DNA of 64,000 nt from Spirochaetia bacterium (lineage in GTDB: Bacteria; Spirochaetota; Spirochaetia; CAKZLE01): the NCBI GenBank assembly GCA_963677595.1, contig OY782041.1, positions 1,024,001 through 1,088,000 on the forward strand. The letters run 5' to 3'. This document shows positions 29,175-39,821 of this stretch, in pieces. The notes below the pieces were generated by a model. The model was not told the DNA's origin. It was given only the letters and a program-made list of their open reading frames with translations, and searched no databases. Every line of letters begins with the position of its first letter. The first letter of the stretch is position 1. The position numbers were made by a program, and so were the translations under genes.

Positions 29175-30152
29175 CTAGTAAGTTCTCCATCTTGGATGAT
29201 CATACACTTCCGGGTTACAGACGTTATCGATCTTCTCACCGTTTAGAATCCTCAAGGTACTTTCTGCCGCCAGCATGACAGTCTTCTTCGTTGTCTCCTG
29301 TGTCTGGGCCGCCATATGGGGGGTGACTAAGACGTTATCCATCTTCATCAGAGGATGATTGGTGCTCATGGGTTCTTCCATGAGAACATCAAGACCAGCT
29401 CCCTGGATCTTATGATCCTGAAGCGCCTCGATAAGGTCTTCCTCATTGACGACATCCCCTCTTGCACAGTTGATGAAGTATCCCGTCGTCTTCATGGCCT
29501 CGAAGAACGGCTTGTCAATACTCCCCCTGGTAGCATCGTTTGACGGCATATGCAGGGAGACAAAGTCCCCTAATGCAGCAGCCTCCGGAATAGTGTCGAC
29601 ATACCGGTATCCAAGGGCTTCAACAGCTTCCTTTTGGACGAAGGGATCATACACCACTACGTCCATACCAAGGGCACTGCACATGAGTGCCAGGTTCCTG
29701 CCGATGTTCCCGAACCCGAGTATCGAGACAGTCTTCCCCCCGAGTTCAGTGCTGACATACCGGTTCCTGACGGCAAAGTTGCCTTTCCGTGTCTCCAGGC
29801 AGCTCTCAAGGAGATTCTTCGCCAATCCGAGGATGAGCGTGAGGGCATGTTCGGCTACCGAGACCGCATTGACTGCCGGGCAGATCACTACCGGGATCCC
29901 ATGTTCGGTGGCTGCCTGTACATCCACGGAGTCTACCCCTACCCCTGGCCTGGTTATGACTTTCAGGTTCGGGCACTGTTCTATAGCCTTCCGATCGATC
30001 TTCCCGATCCTCAGGATATAGGCATCAGCCTGTTTCAGTTCTTCAAGGATCTCGTCACTGTTGCCGTTATCAGGGATAATCAGGTTGACTTTCCCCTCCA
30101 GCACATCCATCCCCGGCTTATATAATGCATGTGATAATACGACCGTCTGCAT
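29175..30152 (-). CDS. D-isomer-specific 2-hydroxyacid dehydrogenase
   Basis: GVGVDSVD, GFGNIG, INCARG, LDV...EP, TPHMA. Confidence 0.93.
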   Translation of the reverse strand: MQTVVLSHALYKPGMDVLEGKVNLIIPDNGNSDEILEELKQADAYILRIGKIDRKAIEQCPNLKVITRPGVGVDSVDVQAATEHGIPVVICPAVNAVSVAEHALTLILGLAKNLLESCLETRKGNFAVRNRYVSTELGGKTVSILGFGNIGRNLALMCSALGMDVVVYDPFVQKEAVEALGYRYVDTIPEAAALGDFVSLHMPSNDATRGSIDKPFFEAMKTTGYFINCARGDVVNEEDLIEALQDHKIQGAGLDVLMEEPMSTNHPLMKMDNVLVTPHMAAQTQETTKKTVMLAAESTLRILNGEKIDNVCNPEVYDHPRWRTY

Positions 30153-30154
30153 AC

Positions 30155-31051
30155 CTACTCTCCACTCTCGTCATAGGTGATCAAGAATTCAGCCAGAAGC
30201 GCCTTCAGTTTCGCATCAAGTTCAGGACCAGGTACCAGTGAAGGCGTCCGGTTGTTCCCAACCGCCGGGTTCATCACATAGACTGCCCGCTTCACGAGCG
30301 CCGGGCCGAACCCGAGGCTGTAGAGCTTGGTGCGGAAGTCCAGGAGTTTCGCCTGTATCTTCTCTGCCTCTTCAGTATTACCCTGCTCATAGTTCGTGCA
30401 GATAGCATTCACCCAGCCTGGGACAATATTGGAAAGCCCAGACACACAGCCGGAAGCACCTTTGGTCAGCCCATGATAGATCTGGCTGTCAGCACCAGCC
30501 AGGACCTCGAAGGTATCAGAAGCCATGGCACAATAGGCATCAAGGTGCTCGATATTCCCGCTGCTGTCCTTGATCCCCATGATATTCTCATGACCAGCCA
30601 ACCGTGCGACCGTCTCTGGTTCCAGACCGTTCTGGGTCCGTGCGGGAATATCATACATATAGACGGGAAGCTTCGACTGATCAGCGATCTTCGCGTAATG
30701 GGTGTATAATCCCTCCTGCGTACAGGAGATGAAATAGGGGTTTATCACAGCGACCCCGTCCACCCCAAGGTCAGTGATCTCGTTTGTCAGCTGCATGACC
30801 TGGAATGTCGAGGGAGCACCGACATTGATGATCACCTTCACCTTCCCGGCAGCCTCTTCAACACAGATCTTGATGATCTCAAGTTTCTCCTCTGCCAGGA
30901 GGCTGGCAAAATCACCATTGGTACCGCAGCCAAGGATGTGGTTGCCATGGGAGATCTGTCTTCTGATCTGCTCGCGTGTACTCTCATAATCTATGGTCTC
31001 ATCTTCATGATACGCTGTCACGATCGCTGAATATGGATATATCTTCTTCAT
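30155..31051 (-). CDS. DapA/NAL-family class I aldolase
   Basis: CGTNGD, YDIP, GIKDSSG. Confidence 0.9.
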   Translation of the reverse strand: MKKIYPYSAIVTAYHEDETIDYESTREQIRRQISHGNHILGCGTNGDFASLLAEEKLEIIKICVEEAAGKVKVIINVGAPSTFQVMQLTNEITDLGVDGVAVINPYFISCTQEGLYTHYAKIADQSKLPVYMYDIPARTQNGLEPETVARLAGHENIMGIKDSSGNIEHLDAYCAMASDTFEVLAGADSQIYHGLTKGASGCVSGLSNIVPGWVNAICTNYEQGNTEEAEKIQAKLLDFRTKLYSLGFGPALVKRAVYVMNPAVGNNRTPSLVPGPELDAKLKALLAEFLITYDESGE

Positions 31052-32080
31052 CTAGGCTAACCCTCCTAATCTTGCTGCATAATTAATGGCATTCACCAAG
31101 CTCGACTCACTGGCAGTTCCCTTCCCTGCCTGGTCAAAGGCCGTACCGTGATCGACTGAGACACGGATGATGGGCAGTCCAACGGTGATGTTCACCCCTT
31201 CCACATCCTTCCACGCCTGCTTCTCCCGATCATAGACGAACCCAACCAGTTTCAGGGGAATATGGCCCTGGTCATGGTACATCACCACGACTATGTCATA
31301 GAGTCCGCCCTTTGCCATCGAAAAGATGGTATCTGGGGGAAAGGGCCCGGAGGCATCGATGCCTTCTGTCTTTGCCTGTTCTATGGCAGGGATGATTTCT
31401 TCGAGTTCCTCCCGCCCGAACAGTCCGCCCTCCCCGGCATGGGGGTTCAGGCCGGATACGGCAATCCTTGGGTTCTCGATTCCCAGCTGCTTGAGGCTCT
31501 CGTCAGCGAGGCGAATCACCTCTGCTACCCGATCCTTCTTCACCCTCCTGCAGGCCTCCATGAGGGAAACATGGGTTGATACATGGATCACCCGGAAGTC
31601 ATGGTGGGCAAGCATCATGGCATAGCTCTTCGTGCCGGTAAGGTTGGCATAGATCTCCGTATGTCCCGCAAACGGACAGCCAGCCAGCTTGATCGCAGCC
31701 TTGTTGATCGGAGCCGTGACCGTTGCCTGGATCTTCCCGTCCAGGGCCAGCCTGATCACCTGTTCCACCGCATCGTAGGCTGCCTTGCCGCAGTACTCGG
31801 AGACTTCCCCGATTCTGAACTTGTCGGGATCAGCATTCCCAAGATCATAGACGTTTATGGTGCCGGCTGAGAAGTCAGCGGCATCAATGGTCTTAATGCC
31901 GTTGACCTTCACCGATGCACCGACGAACCCTGCTGCCTGTCTCATTATCCGGGGGTCACCGACAACGACACAATCAGCAAGTGCCTGTACATCCTCATGC
32001 AAGAAGGCCTTGATGATGACCTCCGGCCCGATACCGGCCGGGTCACCCATGGAAATCCCAATAATCGGCTTACTAGCCAT
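31052..32080 (-). CDS. pdxA: PdxA family dehydrogenase (PdxA2, D-threonate 4-phosphate type)
   Basis: MGDPAGIGPE, GHTE, LNPHAGE, MYHDQG, SVDHGTA. Confidence 0.93.
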   Translation of the reverse strand: MASKPIIGISMGDPAGIGPEVIIKAFLHEDVQALADCVVVGDPRIMRQAAGFVGASVKVNGIKTIDAADFSAGTINVYDLGNADPDKFRIGEVSEYCGKAAYDAVEQVIRLALDGKIQATVTAPINKAAIKLAGCPFAGHTEIYANLTGTKSYAMMLAHHDFRVIHVSTHVSLMEACRRVKKDRVAEVIRLADESLKQLGIENPRIAVSGLNPHAGEGGLFGREELEEIIPAIEQAKTEGIDASGPFPPDTIFSMAKGGLYDIVVVMYHDQGHIPLKLVGFVYDREKQAWKDVEGVNITVGLPIIRVSVDHGTAFDQAGKGTASESSLVNAINYAARLGGLA

Positions 32081-33248
32081 CCTGTTCCTCCAGCAGTCCC
32101 TCGTAGATAGACTGTATGACCTCTTCGCTCAGTTCGACCGGGTTGTTATCCATGAGCCTTCTGTTCGCATAGGCATTCTCTGCCAGTCTGGAGGCATCTT
32201 CAGGACGTACCCCGAAAGATGCAAGAGAACTCGTGATCTCCAGCTGGCCAAGCAGTTCATGCAGCTGTTGGGCCACATAATCCTTGCACGACAGCTCTGT
32301 CTGCCGTTCATCGTAGCCGAAGATGATCGCGACCTTTCGCGTCTTCTCCGGGAAGGCTGCAAGGTTATACTCCATGACAGCCGGCAGCAGCATGGCATTC
32401 GACTGGCCATGGGGAATATGGAACATCGTCCCAAGGGGGTAGGACATCGCATGGACCGCATTCGTCCCGGAGAGGGTGATGCAGCTCCCTGCATAGTTCG
32501 CCGCGAGCAGCATGTTCCACCGGGCCTCGATGTTCTTCGGGTCCACGTAGCTGGTATAGAGCGAGTCGGCGATGAGCTTCATCGATGCTACAGCATACAT
32601 GTCACTCAGGATGTTCGCCTTCTTCGAAAGATAGCACTCCATCGCATGGCATAGGGCATCCATACCGGTGGTTGCCGTTATCCCCTTGGGCATGGAGACG
32701 GTCAATACCGGGTCCAGCAGCACGATATCGGGGAGGAGCTTATGGTTCACTACCGCAGCCTTCGTACCCCGATCCGGGATGGCGATGATAGCATTCTTCG
32801 TTGCCTCGGATCCCGTCCCTGAGGTTGTAGGTATCAGGACCGTCGTCATGCTGTGGTCAGGTACCGGTGCACCATCGAGGAGATCAAGGACCGTCGCATC
32901 CACTGGGACCAGGACGGCGCACAATTTGCCGATGTCAAGGACCGAGCCACCGCCGATGGCGATCACGCAATCGGGGGCATATGCTTTCGCTGCAGCCATC
33001 ACGTCATCCACATCGCCGACTCCCGGTTCCCTGGCAACAGAATCATAGACCTGGCAGGACAACCCGGCTTCCGACAGAATCCCGGTCAGCCGATCAAGCA
33101 GCCCGGTAGACGCTATGCCTTTATCAGTCAGGCAGAAGACTTTCTCCTTGCCCATCTCACTCAACAGGCTGCCTACATCCTGCAGGCATCCGGCACCGGA
33201 TATGATCCTTGGAGCTGATACAAACTCATATGACGCTTTCACACACAT
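32073..33248 (-). CDS. Iron-containing alcohol dehydrogenase
   Basis: GGGSVLD, PTTSGTGSE, DALCHA, HAMSY, HIPHG. Confidence 0.93.
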   Translation of the reverse strand: MCVKASYEFVSAPRIISGAGCLQDVGSLLSEMGKEKVFCLTDKGIASTGLLDRLTGILSEAGLSCQVYDSVAREPGVGDVDDVMAAAKAYAPDCVIAIGGGSVLDIGKLCAVLVPVDATVLDLLDGAPVPDHSMTTVLIPTTSGTGSEATKNAIIAIPDRGTKAAVVNHKLLPDIVLLDPVLTVSMPKGITATTGMDALCHAMECYLSKKANILSDMYAVASMKLIADSLYTSYVDPKNIEARWNMLLAANYAGSCITLSGTNAVHAMSYPLGTMFHIPHGQSNAMLLPAVMEYNLAAFPEKTRKVAIIFGYDERQTELSCKDYVAQQLHELLGQLEITSSLASFGVRPEDASRLAENAYANRRLMDNNPVELSEEVIQSIYEGLLEEQDG

Positions 33249-34520
33249 TCTCCTTATCGTTCATCAGGTAATCCAATACGTTCTTCAATGCATCAGGATC
33301 CCCATAGGACCCTGCCTTGGTGATGCAGATGAAGTCTTCACCCTTCCGATGCGGGTATGCAGCTGTAGCTGCAGGGATCCCGGGAAGTACTTCATCAGCC
33401 AAAGCCAGCTGCCCGATGTTCAGCTGCTTGAGAATCCGCATGGCGGTATCACCGCCGGTCATCACGAGGGCATGGAGGGTAACCTGCCGCATCACCGCAT
33501 CAACTACATACCCCAGGGCTGTTCCGATCATTGCCGCCTCGGAAGCCATATCATCTCCCAACTGGAGTCCCTCGGTCTTCAGGAGAACAGCATGAGCCCC
33601 CCTGTACGCATGTACGATAGTACCGACCAGGACGTCAAGGGCTTCCGTGTCTGCATTGACTGCTGTCTCAGTCGGAAGGGTAACCTCAACGGTGTTCTCA
33701 TCTTCCTCGAGAGCCTGGACCTGGAGCTTCGTGACTCCCATGAGGCTTCCCACCACGAAGAGGAACCGGTCATGCATTTCTACAGTATTTCTCGTTGTTT
33801 CTATCTGATTCTTCCGGATCAGCTGGTCACGAGCATGGAACAAGCCTGCCGCACCCACGAAGAGCGTCTTCTCCTCGATGGCACCGAAGACCTCCAGCGT
33901 CCTCTGCAGGTCCGCTACAGACTCTGCGTCCGGTATGAAGACCTGAAACCCAGCAGTCGTCTTCTGCTGAATGTACCGCTGGATATGCTCGACCGGCTGG
34001 TATAACGTCTCAAGCGGAAGCAGGCAAGCCTTCCGGCTTGACTGAGTGCCCACGATCTCCCTGATATCACCGAACAGGACCGGAGCGAGCGGGTCATGTG
34101 CGATCTCGGTCTCATTGAGGGCGATCCCGTTGATATAGCATACACCGTCGACTACCGTCCTCCCATTCCTGGGGGTCGCTGGGGCAAGACAGGCGATCGT
34201 CGCCCCACTGGCATCCATCGCGGCATCGATCTCAGCCCCGATATTCCCCCTCAGGGTGGAATCGACCTTCTTGAAGATATGTCTCGGCTTATAGTGTTCA
34301 TATCGACCGATGATAGCACGGATCCTGCTGTACGCATCTGCGGGATCAGCATGTCTTGTATCCGTATTGATCACCAGCGTCTTCGGCAATGGCTTGATTA
34401 TTCCTCAGATACGGCATCTACAAGCACAGAGACATCAGAAGCCTGCGAAAGGAAGTGTATCCCGGTATCATTCGCTCCTGTGAGATCATCTGCCAGTATT
34501 AGGTTCTCCAATCTTTCCAT
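33226..34520 (-). pseudogene. Four-carbon acid sugar kinase (DUF1537/DtnK family), frameshifted near 34401
   Basis: N-terminal piece 34520-34398 has ADDLTGANDTG. The rest (KKVDSTLRGN, TGGDTA, TKAGSYG) is in another frame. Confidence 0.85.
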
Positions 34521-34531
34521 GGCCTCTATAA

Positions 34532-34547
34532 AGCAAGCACCATGCCA
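34532..34547 (-). promoter_or_regulatory. Sigma54 -24/-12 promoter
   Basis: TGGCATGGTGCTTGCT (GG-N10-GC), divergent from a bEBP gene. Confidence 0.85.
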
Positions 34548-34643
34548 AAATCTGGATCTCATAACGAATTCTTGATAATTCTTTTATTGTTAACACATTA
34601 CTCTCATTTGTCATATGCCGGTTACTCCCATCACATACAAGAA

Positions 34644-34692
34644 GTGGTAAATATTTCACCGGCAGAATATTTTACTGGTGAATTTTTCCACA
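34644..34692. promoter_or_regulatory. Putative upstream activator sites for the PrpR-like activator
   Basis: Three tandem imperfect palindromes about 100-145 bp upstream of the sigma54 site. Confidence 0.45.
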
Positions 34693-34721
34693 ATATGACA
34701 GATGCATGCTATACTCTTCTC

Positions 34722-36629
34722 ATGAACATTCTACTCATTGCCCCATACCAGAATCTCATCACGGCTGCCAGCACCGTGACAGCGACCTACCCCTATGAGG
34801 TGAAGATCGCATTAGGGAACCTTGCGACCGGCCTCGAGGCAGCCCAGCAGGCTATAGAGACCTCTCATCCTGATATCATCATCAGCAGGGGCGGTACGGC
34901 CACACTGCTCAAGCAGAACCTCGATATCCCCGTCTTCGAGATCGAGGTCTCTGCCTATGACCTGCTGCGGGCTATCCATACACATCTCAGCCAGGAAAAG
35001 AGGATCGCGGTCATCGGCTATGAGAATGTCATCACCGGTGCAAAGAGCATCGCCCAGATCATGGGCATCGACCTGGGATTCTTCCCCGTCACCCCCTTCT
35101 CGAATATCAGGGAGGTCGTGACTGAAGCCCAGAAATGGGGTGCCGATGTCATCGTGGGTGATACCATCTCGGTCAACACAGCCAAGAGAAAGCATATCGA
35201 GACCGAGCTCATCCAGTCAGGCCCGGAGGCTATACAGTACTCCCTCGATTCAGCCGTGCAGTTCTACCAGCATATGCAGGAGGAGATCCTGCGGGTCAAG
35301 AGGTTGAATTCCATCATGGAACATACAGAATGGGGCATGCTCTACATAGACCCCAAGGGGTCGATCAATATGGTCAACTCGAAGGCTGAGCATATCCTGG
35401 ACATCCCGCGGAAACGGCTGGTTGGGGAAGATGTTACCAGCTCCCTCCTGCCCAAGTCCCTGTTTTCCTGTTATAAAGCCAGGACAGGGAACAAGGTCAT
35501 CCAGATACAGAGCCGTGACTACATCGTCGAATGCTCAGCGATCCATGCCGGCGAGTCAGAGCCTGCGACACTGATCTACCTGCAGAGTGTCGGGCATATC
35601 AGGAATCTTGAAGGCATCATCAGGAAACAGATGATCAACCGGGGCTTGATAGCTTCCCATACCTTCGATTCCGTCATTGCCTTCAACGGGGAGTTCAAGA
35701 AACTCATCGAGAAGGCAAGACGGTACAGTGAGACTGATTCCACGATGCTCCTGCTCGGGGAGACGGGTGCCGGTAAGGAGATCTTCGCACAGAGCGTACA
35801 CAACAACTCCCCCCGCAGGAGCGGCCCCTTCGTCGCCGTCAACTGTGCCGCCCTGCCCGACACCTTACTTGAGAGCGAGCTGTTCGGGTATGTGGAAGGC
35901 GCCTTCACCGGGGCGAAGAAGGGAGGGAAGACCGGGCTCTTCGAGCTGGCCCACCGGGGAACCATCTTCCTCGATGAGGTGAATGACATGAGCCCTGTGG
36001 TCCAGGCACGGTTCCTGCGAGTCCTCCAGGAGAAACAGGTGATGCGGCTCGGCGATGACAAGATCTATGATATCGACGTGAGGGTGATCGCCGCCTGCAA
36101 CAAGGACCTCTTCGAGGAGACCGAGCAGGGACGATTCCGCAAGGACCTCTATTACCGGTTGAAGATCCTCGATGTCCACATCCCTCCCCTGCGGGACCGC
36201 ACAGAGGACATCGTCCCGTTGTTCACCACCTTCCTTGATTCCTTCACCAAGACCTACAGTTACCCCAAGGAACCGGTACCCGAACGACTGCTGGAAGCCT
36301 TGAGGACCTACTCCTGGCCGGGGAATGTCAGGCAACTGAAGAACTTCGCAGAGAAGGTCAGTGTCCTCTTCACCTTCTCCGCGAACAGGACAGAGATCGT
36401 ACAGGACCTGATCGAGGAACTGAGTGACCTGAAAAAGCATAATCCTGGTAACGGGGCAGGTAAAGACATACAGCAGAATTCAGCGAAGACCCTCAAGGAG
36501 ATCGAAGCTCAGATCATGTGTGACTGCTGGAAGAAGCATGACAGGAACATCTCCAAAGCCGCCAAGGAGCTCGGTATCGACCGGGTCACGCTGCGGAACC
36601 GGCTGAAGGAGTTCGATCTGTATCAATAG
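34722..36629 (+). CDS. PrpR-like sigma54-dependent activator
   Basis: Prp[32 protein letters not shown]-terminal Fis HTH. Confidence 0.93.
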   Translation: MNILLIAPYQNLITAASTVTATYPYEVKIALGNLATGLEAAQQAIETSHPDIIISRGGTATLLKQNLDIPVFEIEVSAYDLLRAIHTHLSQEKRIAVIGYENVITGAKSIAQIMGIDLGFFPVTPFSNIREVVTEAQKWGADVIVGDTISVNTAKRKHIETELIQSGPEAIQYSLDSAVQFYQHMQEEILRVKRLNSIMEHTEWGMLYIDPKGSINMVNSKAEHILDIPRKRLVGEDVTSSLLPKSLFSCYKARTGNKVIQIQSRDYIVECSAIHAGESEPATLIYLQSVGHIRNLEGIIRKQMINRGLIASHTFDSVIAFNGEFKKLIEKARRYSETDSTMLLLGETGAGKEIFAQSVHNNSPRRSGPFVAVNCAALPDTLLESELFGYVEGAFTGAKKGGKTGLFELAHRGTIFLDEVNDMSPVVQARFLRVLQEKQVMRLGDDKIYDIDVRVIAACNKDLFEETEQGRFRKDLYYRLKILDVHIPPLRDRTEDIVPLFTTFLDSFTKTYSYPKEPVPERLLEALRTYSWPGNVRQLKNFAEKVSVLFTFSANRTEIVQDLIEELSDLKKHNPGNGAGKDIQQNSAKTLKEIEAQIMCDCWKKHDRNISKAAKELGIDRVTLRNRLKEFDLYQ

Positions 36630-37072
36630 AGCGACTTCACCTCTTCCAGGATGAAGGAGCTCCTTGTAGCGCTTACCCCCTCTATGCCCAGGACATCCCT
36701 GAGGACTGCCTGGGAGTAGTGCTGCATGTCCTTCGCGACGATCTCCAGCATGATATCGGCCTCGCCGGTGACGGCAAAGACGCTGACTACCCCGTCTATG
36801 CGTGCGAGTCTCTCTGCCAGCTCCTTCCAGCCGACCTTCGAGTCCCGTACGATGCCGCAGTAGGCCCGGACGGTCAATCCCAGCCGTGCACGGTCCGTGA
36901 GGGCACGGTAGCCGGTGATGACCCCGTCACGCTCCAGCCTCGCGATACGCCTTGAGCAGCTGGAATGGGAGAGGTTCACCATCCCCGCGACCTCCATGTT
37001 CGTCAGCCTCCCGTTCTCCTGGAGGGCTGCTATGATCTTCCTGTCGAACTCATCAAGCCCAGCCATATGCAC
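36623..37072 (-). CDS. Lrp/AsnC family regulator
   Basis: [27 protein letters not shown]. Confidence 0.93.
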   Translation of the reverse strand: MHMAGLDEFDRKIIAALQENGRLTNMEVAGMVNLSHSSCSRRIARLERDGVITGYRALTDRARLGLTVRAYCGIVRDSKVGWKELAERLARIDGVVSVFAVTGEADIMLEIVAKDMQHYSQAVLRDVLGIEGVSATRSSFILEEVKSLY

Positions 37073-37228
37073 ATCCTTTGCATTCAGCAGGTATCTGACC
37101 TGTTGTTTTGCTATATCTTATCATATTAATTATACCTATGCATATTCTTTGCTTTATCACTGTTTATTTCGTACATATCTTGCGTCAACCATATACTATT
37201 CCCTACAATGCAAGAGGAGGAAGTTCCT

Positions 37229-37855
37229 ATGACCCCATTCATCCTGTTCCTGGTCTCATCGCTGTTGGTCATCATCGCACCGGGACCCGACATGATCTAT
37301 ACCGCGAGCCGCGGCATCATGTACGGACGATACTATGGGGCCGTCTCAGCCCTCGGGGTCTCTACCGGCCTGCTGATGCACTCCACGGTCGCTGCCCTGG
37401 GACTGGCACTGGTCCTGCGGAACATCCCGGGACTCTTCACCGGCATCACCCTCATCGGCGGGGGCTACCTCATCTATCTCGGGTTCCAGACGATCAGGAG
37501 CAGAGAGGACCTTAGCCTGGAGGCAGGAGGGGAAACTGCCCGTCTCATAGACTGCTACCGCCAGGGGTTCATCTCAAACTCCCTCAACCCCAAGATCGTC
37601 ATCTTCTTCCTCGCCTTCCTCCCCCAGTTCGTAACCAGGGATGGTATGCATGCAAACCTTCAACTCTTCGTCCTGGGACTCATATTCACCCTAATCACCG
37701 CGGCACTCTACGCCGCACTCGGGGTATTTGCCGGTACGGTAAGCCTGTATGTGAAGAGGAACCCTGCGGTGATCAGGATCATAACCCTCTGCTCAGGGCT
37801 GATCCTCATTGGGTTGGGAGGCTATATGGTAGTGCACGGGATATTCCTACAGTGA
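37229..37855 (+). CDS. LysE/RhtB family exporter
   Basis: PGPD, LNPKIVIFFLAFLPQF; AGGAGG RBS. Confidence 0.92.
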   Translation: MTPFILFLVSSLLVIIAPGPDMIYTASRGIMYGRYYGAVSALGVSTGLLMHSTVAALGLALVLRNIPGLFTGITLIGGGYLIYLGFQTIRSREDLSLEAGGETARLIDCYRQGFISNSLNPKIVIFFLAFLPQFVTRDGMHANLQLFVLGLIFTLITAALYAALGVFAGTVSLYVKRNPAVIRIITLCSGLILIGLGGYMVVHGIFLQ

Positions 37856-39022
37856 ATCCAGCAGTGACACCTTCCTAAGGTCATCGATGAGGAGTTTCTG
37901 CTTCGCAGGGAATGCATCAAACAGGGTCTTCTGTTTATGGTTCATCGTTGAGAAGTACTTTGACTCGATGAGGATACCGTCCCCTGTCAGGAAGTCGATC
38001 TCATTACCCCCCTCATAGAGGTAGTACACATCCTTCCTGGCTTTGAGCTTCAGGTAGATATAGTTCTCGAAGTAGCTCCCCAGGTCCCGTTCCCCGTTGA
38101 ACAGGTACTTGATGCCAAGGTCGCAGGCATAGAGCTTCTTCGGGGAGATGCGCTTCTCATTCGTCTTCCCCCATCGCTGTACCGTATGGACCAGGTAGGT
38201 CGACTCGAAGTAGGCAAGATACCTTCTTGCCGTGTCAGGGGAGATCCCCAGTATGTTGGCCACTTTGTTGATGCTTACCTGCTTGTCGCTCCGTTCCATC
38301 AGGAGCACGAAGAAATCCCTCAACAGCTGATGGTTCTTCAGCCCGTGATACGCCGTGATATCTTTCTGGATGATATCATCGACTAAGGAGTTCAGGTATT
38401 CCCTGCTTGGATGGAGAACATGCTCAGGTAAGCCGCCGTATCGGAGATACTCCCTGAAGTACGGCTCATTGAGCTGACCGTCCCGCTGCTTGACGGTGAT
38501 GTTCCGAAACTGCTTGAACTCCTCGAAATCGAGGGGCTCAACCTCCACCACTAAGGAGCGCCCGGTGAGATATGCCTTCCGGTCCAACAGCAGGGAACTC
38601 GATGAGGATGAGGCGAATATCTTGACCGGGTACCGGTCATTGAGGTTCTTCAGCTGCTGATGGTACTCCGGCAGTGAGGAGATCTCATCGAGGAATAAGG
38701 TAAGTTCCCGGTCTACCGGGAACTGGTGGACCTTCCTGAACTGGGAGACGATCTCATCCAGGGAGAGTCCCCTGAGCAGGAAATCATCCAAGCTTATATA
38801 CAGGATTGCCTTCGCCTCTGTCCCGCTCCTGATCAGGTCCTGGATGACCAGCTTCATGAGGGTGGTCTTGCCGATCCGGCGCAGCCCCGTAAGGAAGGTG
38901 ATCGACCTGCTTGAGAGCTGCTCTTTCAATCGTTCCAGATAGGAATCACGGGAGATGATACCAGGTAATGAGAGATCCCTATCCTCCCACCAGGGGTTAT
39001 ACTGATAGAATAATCCTTCCAT
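37847..39022 (-). CDS. AAA_14 ATPase with wHTH and DUF4143 PD-(D/E)XK-like domain
   Basis: GLRRIGKT, FLDEI, LTGR, GGLPE, KLYACDLG, FEN, EIDF...ESK. Confidence 0.9.
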   Translation of the reverse strand: MEGLFYQYNPWWEDRDLSLPGIISRDSYLERLKEQLSSRSITFLTGLRRIGKTTLMKLVIQDLIRSGTEAKAILYISLDDFLLRGLSLDEIVSQFRKVHQFPVDRELTLFLDEISSLPEYHQQLKNLNDRYPVKIFASSSSSSLLLDRKAYLTGRSLVVEVEPLDFEEFKQFRNITVKQRDGQLNEPYFREYLRYGGLPEHVLHPSREYLNSLVDDIIQKDITAYHGLKNHQLLRDFFVLLMERSDKQVSINKVANILGISPDTARRYLAYFESTYLVHTVQRWGKTNEKRISPKKLYACDLGIKYLFNGERDLGSYFENYIYLKLKARKDVYYLYEGGNEIDFLTGDGILIESKYFSTMNHKQKTLFDAFPAKQKLLIDDLRKVSLLDSL

Positions 39023-39029
39023 GGCTTAA

Positions 39030-39116
39030 CTATACGATATCATCGTATAGTTTTCAATTTTTTTATACGATACCATCGTATACTTTTAGCCATTTCTATA
39101 CGATGTCATCGTATAG
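39030..39116. repeat. Three palindromes TATACGAT-N3-ATCGTATA at 33-bp period
   Basis: Copies at 39031, 39064 and 39097. Confidence 0.9.
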
Positions 39117-39117
39117 T

Positions 39118-39729
39118 CTATAACAGCACCTGCCTGATGAGCGAGAAGGCTATCACCCACATGATGATCCCGATCCCTATATCAAGCAGCTTCCAGGCTT
39201 TCGGGTTCCTGAAGACCGGGGCAAGCAGCCTGCCCCCGAGACTCAGGCTGAAGAACCAGATGAAGGAGGCAGTGATCGCTCCCAGACCGAACCAGAGGCG
39301 TGCTGCCTCCTCATACTGTACGCTGATGCTCCCGATGAGGACCATGGTATCGAGGTAGACATGGGGATTGAGCAGGGAGACTGCCAGAGTGAAGAGGACT
39401 GCCGCCCTCAGGTCCTTAGGACCGCTGCGGTCCTCCTCCATGGTCTCCCTTGAGAGGCTCGCCCGGAAACTCCTGAAACCATACCAGAGGAGGAAGGCCG
39501 CCCCGCCGATGGAGGCTGCGTCTGTGAGGACCTCGCTCGATGAGAGCAATGCCCCTACCCCCAGCACACCGGCCGAGATGAGGACTGCGTCGATGATGCT
39601 GCAGATCAGCGGGATGATGAAGGTATGCTGCTTCCTTACTCCCTGCGATAACACGAAGGCATTCTGCGCCCCGATCGCGATGATCAGGCTAGCCCCCAAT
39701 GCCATCCCCTGTCCGTATACTGCTGTCAT
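39118..39729 (-). CDS. argO: LysE/ArgO family amino-acid exporter
   Basis: IIAIGAQNAFVL, LLNPHVYLDT. Confidence 0.9.
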   Translation of the reverse strand: MTAVYGQGMALGASLIIAIGAQNAFVLSQGVRKQHTFIIPLICSIIDAVLISAGVLGVGALLSSSEVLTDAASIGGAAFLLWYGFRSFRASLSRETMEEDRSGPKDLRAAVLFTLAVSLLNPHVYLDTMVLIGSISVQYEEAARLWFGLGAITASFIWFFSLSLGGRLLAPVFRNPKAWKLLDIGIGIIMWVIAFSLIRQVLL

Positions 39730-39821
39730 GCTGCCTCCTGTCAGGGATGACTATACACGAAAAGCTGGTAATCAGTACAATTAATTATTTACATATTACA
39801 TAAGTTCTACTAATATTACTC

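Noticed and set aside
34542-34721. N-terminal extension of the PrpR-like ORF
   Set aside because: It covers the AT-rich regulatory region; the domain begins at ATG 34722.
39031-39115. Mini CRISPR array
   Set aside because: 19-bp repeats with 14-bp AT-rich gaps are too short, there are no cas genes, and copy 1 overlaps a promoter.
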